The notes beneath the pieces are model-generated. The model did no database searches and was not told the DNA's origin. It saw nothing but the letters and a program-made list of their open reading frames with translations. A DNA stretch of 7,183 nt from a virus (lineage: Duplodnaviria > Heunggongvirae > Uroviricota > Caudoviricetes). The stretch lies in the IMG/VR virus record IMGVR_UViG_2537562173_000007. One strand, 5' to 3'. Position 1 is the stretch's first letter. Each line of letters starts with the position of its first letter. The position numbers and the translations under genes were made by a program. Shown here one piece after another: positions 6,951 through 7,183 of the stretch.

Positions 6951-7183
6951 ATGCTGCCGCAGCATAGCGATATTGAAATAGCCTGGTATGCTTCGATACA
7001 GCAGGAGCCGAATGGCTGGAAGACCGTCACCACACAGTTCTACATCCAGGAATTCAGTGAGTATATTGCGCCACTGCAGGATGCTGTAGATCTGGAAATC
7101 GCAACGGAGGAAGAAAGATCGTTGCTGGAGGCATGGAATAAATATCGGGTATTGTTGAATCGTGTTGATACATCAACTGCACC
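6951..7183 (+). CDS. Short tfa-like ORF (partial, runs off the 3' end of the window): unrelated ~35-aa N-terminus fused to the conserved Tfa C-terminal segment
   Basis: ATG at 6951 preceded by AAGGGG (6941-6946), with an in-frame stop immediately upstream (taa 6948-6950). Translation [78 protein letters not shown] has a C-terminal part homologous to Tfa residues ~150-185. Not in the ORF track because no stop lies within the window. Confidence 0.6.
   Translation, partial: MLPQHSDIEIAWYASIQQEPNGWKTVTTQFYIQEFSEYIAPLQDAVDLEIATEEERSLLEAWNKYRVLLNRVDTSTA
7056..7183 (+). repeat. Direct repeat copy B (tfa 3'-end homologue inside the second tfa-like ORF)
   Basis: agtgagtatattgcgccactgcaggatgctgtagatctggaaatcgcaacggaggaagaa...gttgatacatcaactgcacc aligns with 6007-6134. 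Confidence 0.85.

Noticed and set aside
6007-7183. Possibility that the tfa / methyltransferase / tfa-like region is a Pin/Gin/Cin-type invertible host-range segment
   Set aside because: The two tfa-homologous segments are in direct, not inverted, orientation. No invertase gene or inverted crossover sites are visible in the window, so recombination between them would delete rather than invert.
1-7183. CRISPR arrays, tRNA/rRNA genes, insertion sequences, integrase or att sites
   Set aside because: No short regularly spaced repeats with unique spacers, no cloverleaf-like tRNA candidates, and no transposase or integrase-like translations were seen in any frame. The only repeats are the protein-coding fibre repeats and the tfa direct repeats.

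Overview
This window is the tail-fiber / host-range module of a lambda-like (lambdoid) prophage, almost certainly from an Escherichia/Shigella-type genome. On the + strand it carries the 3' part of tail-tip host-specificity gene J (to 1321), the outer-membrane protein gene lom (1389-1988), a long side-tail-fiber gene stf (2140-5587) and the tail-fiber-assembly gene tfa (5587-6171). Downstream, a visibly AT-richer segment carries an opposite-strand class I SAM-dependent methyltransferase gene (6226-6894) followed by a second, short tfa-like ORF (6951 to window end). This cargo is bracketed by ~128-bp direct repeats of the tfa 3' end, which makes it the most likely candidate for a distinct accessory element here. 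stf also contains an array of 132-bp in-frame tandem repeats (six copies, four identical at nucleotide level, plus a degenerate seventh). Two 5-nt N-runs (201-205, 3199-3203) lie inside J and stf and coincide exactly with the frame breaks in the ORF track, so the integrity of those genes cannot be judged here. All homology statements come from reading the translations against remembered lambda/E. coli prophage proteins; no database search was run.
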